Source: an uncultured delta proteobacterium
GTDB lineage: Bacteria; Desulfobacterota; Binatia; DP-6
Assembly: GCA_963815115.1 (NCBI GenBank)
Contig: CAWFFN010000009.1
Coordinates: forward strand, 832,001-896,000
Direction: 5' to 3'
DNA: 64,000 bases
In this document: in pieces, positions 19,793 through 28,814 of the stretch
Layout of the letters: every line of letters begins with the position of its first letter
Numbering within the stretch: position 1 is the first letter of the stretch
The notes under the pieces: generated by a model
Database searches by the model: none
Seen by the model: the letters and a program-made list of their open reading frames with translations, nothing else
Told to the model about the DNA's origin: nothing
Made by a program: the position numbers and the translations under genes

Positions 19793-20073
19793 AGTTCCTC
19801 GTCATCTGGCGGATCGACATCGCGCTCCTCTCGCGTGACGTCCTCAAGTCGGTGATGACGATGCCGGACTATGCCGAGCCGCTCGAGCGCCAGGGCAAGG
19901 TGCTGGCGCGCTATCACATCCCGGGCTCGCACGGCGGCGCCTGGATCTACGACGTCACCTCGCACGAGGAGCTCGACATGCTCCTCGCGCGCTCGCCGGT
20001 CTTCAACTTCTCGCACTACGAGGTCACGCCGCTTGCCGACATGGTGCCGCCCGGCGGCCGGCCGGCGGGGTAG
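19789..20073 (+). CDS. Muconolactone isomerase-like (MIase fold) small protein
   Basis: MKFLV..., IYDVTSHEELDMLLARSP.F....EVTPL pattern; ATGA overlap with hypC. Confidence 0.65.
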   Translation: MKFLVIWRIDIALLSRDVLKSVMTMPDYAEPLERQGKVLARYHIPGSHGGAWIYDVTSHEELDMLLARSPVFNFSHYEVTPLADMVPPGGRPAG

Positions 20074-20078
20074 GGCGG

Positions 20079-22397
20079 ATGCTCGAACCCTTGGTCGATC
20101 GCGAGGCCGCGCGCGGCGGCCATCGCATCGCTCGACGGGTGCGACTGGAGGGGATCGTCCAGGGCGTCGGCTTCCGGCCGTTCGTGCACGCGCTGGCAAC
20201 GCGGCTCGGTCTCGCCGGTCTCGTCACCAACGACACGCGCGGCGTCGTCATCGAGGTCGAGGGCGCCGAGCCCGACGTGACCTGCTTCCTCGCGCGCCTG
20301 GAGAGCGACGCGCCGCCGCTCGCCGCGCTCACCCGCATCCGCGTCGGCTCGATCACGGCCCGCGGGCGCTCCGGCTTCGCGATCGTCGCGAGCCGATCCG
20401 GGGGTGCGCGCGGCGTGCCCGTGTCCCCCGACGTCGGGACCTGCGACGACTGCCTGCGCGAGCTGTTCGATCCCGGTGACCGCCGCTACCGCTATCCGTT
20501 CATCAACTGCACGAACTGCGGCCCGCGCTTCACCATCGTCCGTGGCGTTCCGTACGATCGCCCGCTCACCACCATGGCGGGATTCGCGATGTGCGGCGCT
20601 TGCGCGCGCGAGTACGCCGAGCCGGCCGACCGTCGCTTCCATGCCGAGCCGATCTCGTGCCCGGCGTGCGGTCCGCGGCTGCGGCTCGTCGATCGCCTCC
20701 GCGTGGAGCGGATCGGCGATCCCATCGCGGAGACCGCCGCGCTGCTCCGCGCCGGCGCCGTGGTCGCGGTGAAGGGACTCGGCGGCTATCACCTCGCGGC
20801 CGCGGCGGACCACGAGGCGGCGGTGGCAGCGCTGCGTTCGCGCAAGCACCGCGAGGACAAGCCGTTCGCCGTCATGGTGCCCGACGTCGCCGCTGCCCGC
20901 AGCCTCGCCGACCTGTTGCCGGCCGAGGAGGCGGCGCTCGCCGGCGCCCGGCGGCCGATCGTCCTGGTGCGCCGCCGTCCGGATGCTGCCCTCGCCCGCG
21001 CCGTCGCGCCGGGGAACCGCTCGGTGGGGCTGATGCTGCCCTACACCCCGCTGCATCATCTCCTGTGCCGGTCGGTGGGCGCGCCGTTCGTGCTGACCAG
21101 CGGCAACGTCTCCGACGAGCCGATCGCCTACCGCGACGAGGACGCGTTCGAGCGCCTCGCCGGCATCGCGGACGCCTTCCTCACTCACGATCGACCGATC
21201 CAGGTCCGTACCGACGACTCGGTCGTTCGCGTGCTGCGCGGACGGGCGGTGCCGATCCGCCGCTCGCGCGGCCATGCTCCTGCGCCGCTCGTGCTGCCAG
21301 GGCGGGTGCGCCGTCCGATCCTGGCCTGTGGCGCGGAGCTGAAGAGCACCTTCTGCCTCGCGAAGGATGGCTCGGCCTACGTCTCCCATCACATCGGCGA
21401 CCTCGAGAACTACGAGACGCTGCGCGCCTTCACCGAGGGCATCGCGCACTACCGCCGCCTCTTCGACGTCGCGCCCGAGGTCGTGGCCCACGACCTCCAC
21501 CCCGAGTACCTCTCGACCAGGTACGCGCTCGGGCTGGACGACGTCGCGCTCGTCGGGGTGCAGCACCATCACGCCCACGTCGCGGCGTGCCTCGCCGACA
21601 ACGGCGAGGAGGCGCCGGCGATCGGGGTCGCGCTCGACGGCCTCGGGTTCGGAGCGGACGGGACGCTCTGGGGAGGCGAGTTCCTGGTCGCCGACCTGGC
21701 GAGCTTCGAACGCGCGGCGCACCTCGAAGCCGTCCCCCTGCCGGGCGGGGTTGCGGCGATCCGACAGCCCTGGCGCATGGCGGCGGCGTACCTCGCGGCC
21801 GCGTTCGGTGAGTCCATCCCGCCCGCGCTGGAGGTCGTCCGGCGCCATGGCGAGCAATGGACGCGTGTGCTCCGCGTCGCCCGGATCGACGCGCTCGCCC
21901 CGCGGACGTCGAGCGCCGGCCGCCTCTTCGACGCGGTCGCGGCGATCCTCGGCGTGCGCGACGAGGTCCACTACGAGGGCCAGGCCGCGGTCGAGCTCGA
22001 GCAGCGGGCGGACGAGTCGGAAACGCGCGCCTACGCGGCCGGATGCTCCGGCTCGGTACCCCTCCGCATCCGGGGGGCCGATCTCGTGCGGGCGGTGGCC
22101 GAGGACCTCGGTGCGGGTACCCCGGCGCCTGTCGTGGCCGCGCGCTTCCACAACGGGCTGGCGCGTACGATCGTCCAGGTCTGCGACGCCATCCGTGCCC
22201 GGCACCGGCTCGGGACGGTGGCGCTCAGCGGCGGCGTGTTCCAGAACGTGCTCCTCGTCGAGCGCACCGTGCGCGGACTCGAGGAGACCGGTTTCCGCGT
22301 GCTCACCCACGTGCGCGTTCCCTGCAACGATGGCGGGATCAGCTTCGGGCAGGCGGCGGTCGCCGCGGCACGCGACCGTCGTCCCGGATCCATTTGA
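20079..22397 (+). CDS. hypF: Carbamoyltransferase HypF
   Basis: GIVQGVGFRP acylphosphatase, CxxC zinc fingers (CTNCGPR), KGLGGYH, TSGN, QHHHAH, SGGVFQN, NDGGISFGQ. Confidence 0.96.
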   Translation: MLEPLVDREAARGGHRIARRVRLEGIVQGVGFRPFVHALATRLGLAGLVTNDTRGVVIEVEGAEPDVTCFLARLESDAPPLAALTRIRVGSITARGRSGFAIVASRSGGARGVPVSPDVGTCDDCLRELFDPGDRRYRYPFINCTNCGPRFTIVRGVPYDRPLTTMAGFAMCGACAREYAEPADRRFHAEPISCPACGPRLRLVDRLRVERIGDPIAETAALLRAGAVVAVKGLGGYHLAAAADHEAAVAALRSRKHREDKPFAVMVPDVAAARSLADLLPAEEAALAGARRPIVLVRRRPDAALARAVAPGNRSVGLMLPYTPLHHLLCRSVGAPFVLTSGNVSDEPIAYRDEDAFERLAGIADAFLTHDRPIQVRTDDSVVRVLRGRAVPIRRSRGHAPAPLVLPGRVRRPILACGAELKSTFCLAKDGSAYVSHHIGDLENYETLRAFTEGIAHYRRLFDVAPEVVAHDLHPEYLSTRYALGLDDVALVGVQHHHAHVAACLADNGEEAPAIGVALDGLGFGADGTLWGGEFLVADLASFERAAHLEAVPLPGGVAAIRQPWRMAAAYLAAAFGESIPPALEVVRRHGEQWTRVLRVARIDALAPRTSSAGRLFDAVAAILGVRDEVHYEGQAAVELEQRADESETRAYAAGCSGSVPLRIRGADLVRAVAEDLGAGTPAPVVAARFHNGLARTIVQVCDAIRARHRLGTVALSGGVFQNVLLVERTVRGLEETGFRVLTHVRVPCNDGGISFGQAAVAAARDRRPGSI

Positions 22398-22411
22398 GGA
22401 GGTCCTCGAAC

Positions 22412-22783
22412 ATGCGTGCACTGATCGGCTTCGCCCTGGGCTATGCGCTCGGGGCCAGCATGAGCTCCGAACGAATCGACGAGCTGCGGCGATCCTGGAA
22501 GACCATCGCGGAGTCGGAGGAGTTTCAAGGCGCAGCCGCGAGCGCGAGGGCGTTCGTGGAGAACGCCCTCAGCCAGGGCGGCGGCCGGCTCGCCGGGCAG
22601 CTGCGCGAGCTGGGCGCGGGCGAGAGGCTGCGCGGCCTCGTCGAAGGCGGTGAGCTGCGCGCGGCGTGGAATCGGATATCCGACTCGAAGGAGCTGCACG
22701 GTCTCGTCTCCACCGGATCTGCCTTGATCGGTGATGCGGTGGCCCGGGCAACGAGCCCGCGATCCCGATCCGGTCATGCATGA
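22412..22783 (+). CDS. Hypothetical protein, N-terminal hydrophobic anchor plus helical domain
   Basis: RBS gaggagg; MRALIGFALGYALGA...IDELRRSWKTIAESEEF; overlaps hypA. Confidence 0.75.
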   Translation: MRALIGFALGYALGASMSSERIDELRRSWKTIAESEEFQGAAASARAFVENALSQGGGRLAGQLRELGAGERLRGLVEGGELRAAWNRISDSKELHGLVSTGSALIGDAVARATSPRSRSGHA

Positions 22784-23105
22784 GCTGGCCATCACGGAGA
22801 GCATCGTGTCCAGCGTGGCAGAGCGCGTCGCCGGCAGGCGGGTGACGCGGGTGGTGCTCGAGATCGGCAAGCTCTCGGGCGTCGTGCCGGATGCGGTCCG
22901 CTTCTGCTTCGACCTCTGTGCCGAGGGCACCGGGCTGGCCGGTGCCCGGCTCGACATTGTCCAGCGCTCGGGCCGCGCGCGCTGTCGCACCTGCGGAAGG
23001 GAATGCGAATTCGAGGATCCGCTCGCGCTGTGCGGGTGTGGCAGCGCCGACCTGGACGTGCGAGAGGGGCAAGAGCTGCGGATTCGAGAAGTGGAGGTCC
23101 TCTGA
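22776..23105 (+). CDS. hypA: Nickel metallochaperone HypA
   Basis: MHELAI, GKLSGV, CRTC...CGCGS, GQEL. Confidence 0.94.
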   Translation: MHELAITESIVSSVAERVAGRRVTRVVLEIGKLSGVVPDAVRFCFDLCAEGTGLAGARLDIVQRSGRARCRTCGRECEFEDPLALCGCGSADLDVREGQELRIREVEVL

Positions 23106-23106
23106 C

Positions 23107-23916
23107 ATGTGCGCCACCTGCGGCTGCTCGGACCACGCCGACCCGAGCGTCACCTCGCTCGAGCCGCAGCACGAACCTGACCATCCCCATCCGCACTCCC
23201 ACGAGCACGGGCACGACCACCATCACGACGCCGAGGACGTGCCGCACGTCCACGCGCGCCCGGCTCCTCGCATCGTGCGGATCGAGCAGGACGTCCTGGC
23301 GAAGAACGATCGTCTCGCCGAGCACAACCGCGGCTGGCTCGACGGGCGGGGAATCCGGGCGTGGAACCTCATGAGCTCGCCCGGCGCGGGCAAGACGACG
23401 CTCCTCGAGCGCACGATCCGGGACCTGGGGGCCGCGCTTCCGATGTCCGTGATCGAGGGCGATCAGGCGACGCTGCGCGACGCCGAGCGCATCCGGGCGA
23501 CGGGCTGCCCGGTGGTGCAGATCAACACCGGCAGTGGCTGCCATCTCGACGCCGCGATGCTCGCCGAGGGCCTCCGGCAGCTCGATCCCCCGATGCATTC
23601 GATCCTGATGATCGAGAACGTGGGCAACCTGGTGTGCCCGGCGCTCTTCGATCTCGGCGAGCACACGAGAGCCGTCATCATGTCGGTGACCGAAGGCGAG
23701 GACAAACCGCTCAAGTACCCGCACATGTTCCGCGCCAGCGAGGTGATGGTGCTGAGCAAGGTCGATCTGCTCCCGCACCTCGAGTTCGACGTCGCGGAGT
23801 GTCTCGCCCACGCCCGCCGGGTGAACCCGCGCCTCGAGATCGTCGAGGTCTCCGCCACCCGCGGGGACGGCCTCGAGGACTGGTACGACCTGCTTCGCCG
23901 CGGCCGCCAGCCCTAG
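23107..23916 (+). CDS. hypB: Nickel incorporation GTPase HypB
   Basis: MCATCGC, His-rich linker, SSPGAGKTT, GCHLDA, ENVGNLVCP, EGEDKPLKYP. Confidence 0.95.
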   Translation: MCATCGCSDHADPSVTSLEPQHEPDHPHPHSHEHGHDHHHDAEDVPHVHARPAPRIVRIEQDVLAKNDRLAEHNRGWLDGRGIRAWNLMSSPGAGKTTLLERTIRDLGAALPMSVIEGDQATLRDAERIRATGCPVVQINTGSGCHLDAAMLAEGLRQLDPPMHSILMIENVGNLVCPALFDLGEHTRAVIMSVTEGEDKPLKYPHMFRASEVMVLSKVDLLPHLEFDVAECLAHARRVNPRLEIVEVSATRGDGLEDWYDLLRRGRQP

Positions 23917-24650
23917 GCCAGCACGCGGGCCAGGAACTCCGTCATGTCCTGCCACGACCGGCGATCGGCCTCGGCGTCGTAGCCGAGCGGAATGCCGTAG
24001 CGCTTGCCGTTCTCGCTGGCCTCCGGGTTGGTGAAGCCGTGCAGCGCGTTCGGGTAGGCGACGAAACGGTAGTCGGCTTTCGCGTGATCCATCTCCTGCT
24101 TGAACGCGCTCACCTCGCCCTCGGAAACGAGGCTGTCGGCCGCCCCATGGCACACCAGCAGCTTGGCCTTGACGCTTCCGGGGGCCGGCTTGTGAAACGA
24201 GCCCAGCGCGCCGTGGAAGCTCACCACGCCGCGCAGCGGCATCCCGATCCTGGCCGCGTGCAGCACGACGGCGCCGCCGAAGCAGTAGCCGATCGCGGCG
24301 ATCCGATCCCGATCCACCTCCGCCCGTGACGCGAGCAGATCGTAGCCCGCCCGGAATCGCTCCTCGCCGGCTTTCATGTTGCCGAGGACGCCGTTCATCA
24401 GGGCACCGGCGTCGCCCGGGTTGTCGGCGACCGAGCCGTCCCCGTACATGTCGACCGCGAGCGCGCCGTAGCCCAGCTCGGCCAGCATGCGCGCGCGGCG
24501 CCGGATGTAGTCGTTCAGCCCCCACCACTCGTGCACGACCAGCACGCCGGGACGCTTTCCCTGCTTGGTCGTGTCGGTGGCGAGATACCCGCGCAGCGAC
24601 GTGTCGGCGGCGCTGTACGTGACGGGCTCGGCGTGGATCGCGTCGGGCAT
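23913..24650 (-). CDS. Dienelactone hydrolase family protein
   Basis: HEWWGLN, GYCFGG nucleophile, FHG, HGAAD, HGF; RBS gaggagga before ATG 24650. Confidence 0.92.
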   Translation of the reverse strand: MPDAIHAEPVTYSAADTSLRGYLATDTTKQGKRPGVLVVHEWWGLNDYIRRRARMLAELGYGALAVDMYGDGSVADNPGDAGALMNGVLGNMKAGEERFRAGYDLLASRAEVDRDRIAAIGYCFGGAVVLHAARIGMPLRGVVSFHGALGSFHKPAPGSVKAKLLVCHGAADSLVSEGEVSAFKQEMDHAKADYRFVAYPNALHGFTNPEASENGKRYGIPLGYDAEADRRSWQDMTEFLARVLA

Positions 24651-24703
24651 CGCTCGATCCTCCTCGGATGGAGCACGAGCGATAGTGCCGGCGGGGATCC
24701 CGG

Positions 24704-27343
24704 TCAAGCTGTTGCGCGGCGCGTGCTCTCGGATCGGGAGACTTCGCGCGCGTGGCCGATGATCACCCACAGCCACCCGAGCAACACGGCGGCGCCGAAG
24801 AGACCAACGCCCAGCGTCATCCAACCCAGCTGGCGGGTGTGTTCGGCCAGAGGTTCGAGCGGGCGTCGCGCCCGTTCCTCGGCCTCCTCGACCACGACGA
24901 TCCACTGGTCGCTGTCGTCGGTGGTCCAGCCGGCCAGGTAGAGGCGGTGATCGAGCGGATCTTCGAGGCGCTCGGCGCCGAACGGCCGGGGGCGGAAGCC
25001 GAGTCCCGGCCATTTCATCGGCGGCTGCCCGGGCGCGAGCGGGTTCTCGGGGTGCAGCACGATCTGATCGCGGTCGTTGATCACCACCACCCGGAGCCCG
25101 AGCCCGTCGACCTCCGGCGAGTCGGGTCCGGCGAGCTGCGGCACGTCCTGCACCCAGCGCCGGAGGTCGGCGAGGGTGACGCTGGCGACCAGGACGCCCG
25201 ACGGCGTGCCGCCCTCGGAGCCCGCCCGCCAGATTGGCGTGGATACCGCAATCATCTCGGGGGCTTCCTGGGACCTGGAGACGTAGGGCTCGGAGATGTG
25301 GGTCGCGCGGATGGGGCCAGCCTCCGGCGTGCCGCCGTGGAACCAGTCACGGTCACGGAACGCGCTGCCGACGACGCTGGGATCGAATGGAGCGCGCGCC
25401 TGGATGCGCCCGTCGGCATCGGCGAGCGCCCAGCTCGAGATGCCGGTGCGGGTGAGGCGCGTGCGCATCCGCTCCAGCCGCTCGCCGATCGCCTGCCAGT
25501 TGCCCTGCGCGAACGCCTCGCGCATCTCGTCGCGTCGGGCCGTGCGCTCGACGACGTCTCGCGCGGTGGCGAGCTGGCGCTTCAATGCCTCGGACACCCA
25601 GTGCGCCGCCGCCAGGTTGGTCTGCATGGTCTGGCGCAGGATGGCGTCCTGCGCCCCGGTGATCGCGCGCCGCGAGCGCCCGAGCTGCCACGCCGATGCC
25701 GCGACACCGGCGACCGCGAGGAGGATCAATGCGACGGTCACCGCATAGCGCCGCCGCTCGCGACCGCGCCGGGCATCGGCCGCTGCCTGGCGTGCCGTCG
25801 CTGCGCCGGCGGCAGCCGCCCGCTCGGCCTCGACGGCGGCGCGGCGTGCCCCGAGCGCACGCAGGCGCCGGGCAAGCTCGGCGGCAGATTCGAGCCGGCG
25901 CTCGGGCGTGGCGTCGACGCAGGCGGTGATGTCGGCGCGCAGCAGCTCGTCGTCGACGCGACGCTCCCAGCCAACGCCCAGCGCGCCGCGCAGGCAGCCG
26001 GCCGCGAGCTGGTACAGCATCACTCCCAGCGCGTAGACGTCCGACTGCGTCGTCGCGGGGCTCCCCTCGAGCAGCTCGGGCGCCATGTAGAGCGGCGTGC
26101 CGCTGCTCGAGCCCCCGTCACTCGCCCGCGGGATCGTGAGGCCCGTCCAGGGGATGCCGCGCGCGGCCAGCAGCTCCGGATCGGTGACCAGCCCGATGCC
26201 GAAGTCGGCGAGCCGTGCCCGCGGCGCCCCGGCGCCGTCGCTGGCGATCAGGACGTTGGAGGGCTTCAGGTCCTTGTGCAGCACGCCGACGCGGTGTGCG
26301 GCGGCGAGGGCGTCGGCGACCTGGGCAACCAGCTCCAGCCGCGTGGCGAGCGGCACCTGCTCGAGGCCGCCCTGACGCTCGGCCCAGTCCACCAGGCTGC
26401 CGCCCTCGGTGTATTCCGAGTCGAGGAAGTACGGCGGCTCGTCGATGTGCCAGTCGAGGATGCGCGCGATGTCGATCCGGTCACCGAGGGTTTCCTTCAG
26501 GAGCCGGAACAGCGCGACCTCGCGCTTGAGTCCCCGGACCCGGTCGGACTGGAAGCAGAACTTGAAGACGCGCGTCTCGCAGATGGCCTCGTGCCGGGCC
26601 AGCCACACCTCGCCGAAGCCACCCTCGCCGAGGCGCCGCTCGAGCTTCCAGCCGTGCCGGCCGGGCACCTCCAGTCCGGCGGCCGGCCGCCAGCCGAGGA
26701 TCTCCTCGTCGGCCGGGTGCACGTCGCGGGTCGCCTTCGCGGAGGACGGCGGCGGCTCGAGCGGGGAGAAGCCACGCAGACCGACCTCGAACACCTCGAG
26801 CGGCTCTTCGACGCCCTTGAAGCGATACGGTCCGTGCGCGAGCCACTCCACGCGCCCCACATCGTGATCGGGCACGACGTACTGCCGCACGGAATCGAAG
26901 GCGTGGGGAGTGAGGAGTATCTGCCCGGGCAGCGCCAGTCCCATCACTCGTGCGGTGGTGTCGACGGCGAGCCCGAGCAGGATCTCGTGGCCCGGCCCGC
27001 GCCCCTCGTCCATGAGCAGCGTCTCGCCGATATGGATGCCGATCCGTGCGCGCAGCGGGATGGCGGCGTCGAGTCGCGCCAGCTCCTGCTGGAAGGCGAG
27101 CGCGAAGAAGACCGCGTGCGAGGGCACGTCGAAGCTGGCGAAGAAGCCGTCGCCGGTGAAGTCGCGCTCGACGCCTTCGTGCTCGTGCAGCAGGCGACGG
27201 AAGAGCTGGTTGTGGCGCGCGATCGCCCGCGCGCCGTCCAGGTCGCCGAGACGCCGTTTCAGCTCGGTGGAGCCCGCGAGGTCGGTGAAGAGAAAGACCT
27301 GCAGGAGCCGTCGGGCGTCGCTCGCGACGGCGGGAGTGCTCAT
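24704..27343 (-). CDS. Class III nucleotide cyclase - Ser/Thr kinase - TM - Cache-like sensor - TM multidomain protein
   Basis: FTDLAGST, TGDGFF, RIGIHIGE, GLAVDTTARV; GEGGFGEVW, HKDLKPSN, DFG, YMAPE; TM; FRDRDWF...HISEPYVS...AVSTPI Cache motifs; C-terminal TM. Confidence 0.88.
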   Translation of the reverse strand: MSTPAVASDARRLLQVFLFTDLAGSTELKRRLGDLDGARAIARHNQLFRRLLHEHEGVERDFTGDGFFASFDVPSHAVFFALAFQQELARLDAAIPLRARIGIHIGETLLMDEGRGPGHEILLGLAVDTTARVMGLALPGQILLTPHAFDSVRQYVVPDHDVGRVEWLAHGPYRFKGVEEPLEVFEVGLRGFSPLEPPPSSAKATRDVHPADEEILGWRPAAGLEVPGRHGWKLERRLGEGGFGEVWLARHEAICETRVFKFCFQSDRVRGLKREVALFRLLKETLGDRIDIARILDWHIDEPPYFLDSEYTEGGSLVDWAERQGGLEQVPLATRLELVAQVADALAAAHRVGVLHKDLKPSNVLIASDGAGAPRARLADFGIGLVTDPELLAARGIPWTGLTIPRASDGGSSSGTPLYMAPELLEGSPATTQSDVYALGVMLYQLAAGCLRGALGVGWERRVDDELLRADITACVDATPERRLESAAELARRLRALGARRAAVEAERAAAAGAATARQAAADARRGRERRRYAVTVALILLAVAGVAASAWQLGRSRRAITGAQDAILRQTMQTNLAAAHWVSEALKRQLATARDVVERTARRDEMREAFAQGNWQAIGERLERMRTRLTRTGISSWALADADGRIQARAPFDPSVVGSAFRDRDWFHGGTPEAGPIRATHISEPYVSRSQEAPEMIAVSTPIWRAGSEGGTPSGVLVASVTLADLRRWVQDVPQLAGPDSPEVDGLGLRVVVINDRDQIVLHPENPLAPGQPPMKWPGLGFRPRPFGAERLEDPLDHRLYLAGWTTDDSDQWIVVVEEAEERARRPLEPLAEHTRQLGWMTLGVGLFGAAVLLGWLWVIIGHAREVSRSESTRRATA

Positions 27344-27345
27344 GC

Positions 27346-27714
27346 TCAGGCGCTTCCTGCCGGCGAAACATCGGCGAGCGTGCCGCGGCGCCGCGCCAGC
27401 TCCAGCGTCTTGGCGAGCGCGGCCCGGATCTCGTCACCGCCGACGATCTGCTTGTCGCGCAGCGCATACTCGAGCGCCAGGACCGTGAGGCCGATCTCGG
27501 TGAAGAGCTCGACGAAGCGCGGAGCGAACCCGCGCAGCCGATCGAGATCGGGCCCGAGCGCGGCCATGAAGGCGTCGAGGTTCAGCTCGAGCGCTTCCTC
27601 GGCGGGGGAGGGAGGAGGCGGCGCGGGCCGGCGCCGGTTGCGGATCAGACCGATGAGCGACCCCGCCGCGAGAGCGGCGAGCGGCAGGCTGATCGTGTCG
27701 ACCGTCGTGAGCAT
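27346..27714 (-). CDS. Hypothetical protein with N-terminal TM helix and Pro-rich linker
   Basis: RBS gaggaggg; directly downstream of a sigma54 promoter; 2 nt from the next gene. Confidence 0.7.
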   Translation of the reverse strand: MLTTVDTISLPLAALAAGSLIGLIRNRRRPAPPPPSPAEEALELNLDAFMAALGPDLDRLRGFAPRFVELFTEIGLTVLALEYALRDKQIVGGDEIRAALAKTLELARRRGTLADVSPAGSA

Positions 27715-27737
27715 CGTCCCTCCTCGGTGCGTCAGAA

Positions 27738-27753
27738 AGCAAGCCAGGTGCCA
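27738..27753 (-). promoter_or_regulatory. Sigma54 (-24/-12) promoter TGGCAC-CTGGC-TTGCT
   Basis: Minus strand matches the consensus TGGCAC-N5-TTGCW, ending 23 nt before the ATG at 27714. Confidence 0.8.
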
Positions 27754-27916
27754 GGCTTGCGGTGAGCGGAAACGGGGCTCGTGCGTGCTCGGGACCCCTT
27801 TTCGGAGCTCGGGGGTGTCAACGGGGGTGGGCAGTCATTGCTAACCGCAGTTTACGGACTTCAGCTGTGATTGGATGGTGACCAGCGGGGAGAAGCGCCG
27901 CCCCGGATCTTCTGGA

Positions 27917-27961
27917 TTGACATGTGAATCGGGATTCACTACGACGTGAATCGTGATTCAC
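27917..27961 (+). promoter_or_regulatory. TTGACA -35 followed by two tandem palindromic operators GTGAATC-N2-GATTCAC
   Basis: TTGACA 27917-27922; palindromes at 27924-27939 and 27946-27961 upstream of an operon ending in a TetR gene. Confidence 0.8.
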
Positions 27962-28005
27962 ATGGTGGTTGTTTGCCCCGTGATCCGGGGCAGCGGAGGG
28001 TCGCG

Positions 28006-28776
28006 ATGAGCATTCGCTACGCTGTCGACGGGCCCATCGTGGTCGTCACGATCGATAGGCCGGAGGTTGCCAACGCCATCGACCGGCCGACGGCCGAGGC
28101 GCTTGCCGATGCGTTCCGCCGCTTCGACGGCGACGAGGCGCTCTCGGTCGCGGTCCTGGCGGGAGCGAACGGGCGGTTCTGCGCCGGAGCCGATCTGAAG
28201 GCGATGCGCGAGGACGCTTCGCGGGTCACTCGGGTCGCTCCCGACGGCGAAGGTCCCGTCGGGCCGACGCGCATGCTGCTCGGCAAGCCGGTGATCGCTG
28301 CGGTCGAGGGCCACGCGGTGGCCGGGGGTCTCGAGCTCGCCGCGTGGTGTGATCTGCGGGTCGCGGCCGAGAACGCGGTCTTCGGGGTCTTCTGCCGGCG
28401 CTGGGGCATCCCGCTCATGGATGGAGGAACGATCCGCCTCGCGCGGCTCATCGGCCACAGCCACGCCCTCGACCTGATCCTCACCGGCCGTGGCGTGTCG
28501 GGAGAGGAAGCGCTCCGGATGGGCCTCGCCAACCGGCTCGTGCCACCTGGCCGGGCGCTGCCCGAAGCGATCGCACTCGCCCGCGAGATCGCGTCGCGGC
28601 CGCAGGGCGCGCTGCGGCATGACCGGCTGTCGTCGTACGAGCAGTGGTCCCTGGCGCTCGGGGAGGCGCTGCTCGGCGAGTTCCATCATGGAATCGCCGC
28701 GCTCGAGACCGGCGAGTTCCAGGGCGGCCTCGAGCGCTACGCGACCGGCAGCTGGCGACAGGGGCAGCTCACCTGA
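28006..28776 (+). CDS. Enoyl-CoA hydratase/crotonase family protein
   Basis: FCAGADL, AVAGGLELA, FGVFCRRWGIPLMDGGT; RBS ggagg. Confidence 0.92.
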   Translation: MSIRYAVDGPIVVVTIDRPEVANAIDRPTAEALADAFRRFDGDEALSVAVLAGANGRFCAGADLKAMREDASRVTRVAPDGEGPVGPTRMLLGKPVIAAVEGHAVAGGLELAAWCDLRVAAENAVFGVFCRRWGIPLMDGGTIRLARLIGHSHALDLILTGRGVSGEEALRMGLANRLVPPGRALPEAIALAREIASRPQGALRHDRLSSYEQWSLALGEALLGEFHHGIAALETGEFQGGLERYATGSWRQGQLT

Positions 28777-28814
28777 CCCGAACGCGAACGCCGGTCACGC
28801 GCCGGCGGTAGGAG

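Noticed and set aside
19789-24650. Chlorocatechol / beta-ketoadipate pathway from the MIase-like gene and dienelactone hydrolase
   Set aside because: Opposite strands and different operons, no dioxygenase or cycloisomerase, and the DLH family is broad
24752-27844. 1030-aa + strand ORF
   Set aside because: Antisense shadow of the cyclase-kinase gene
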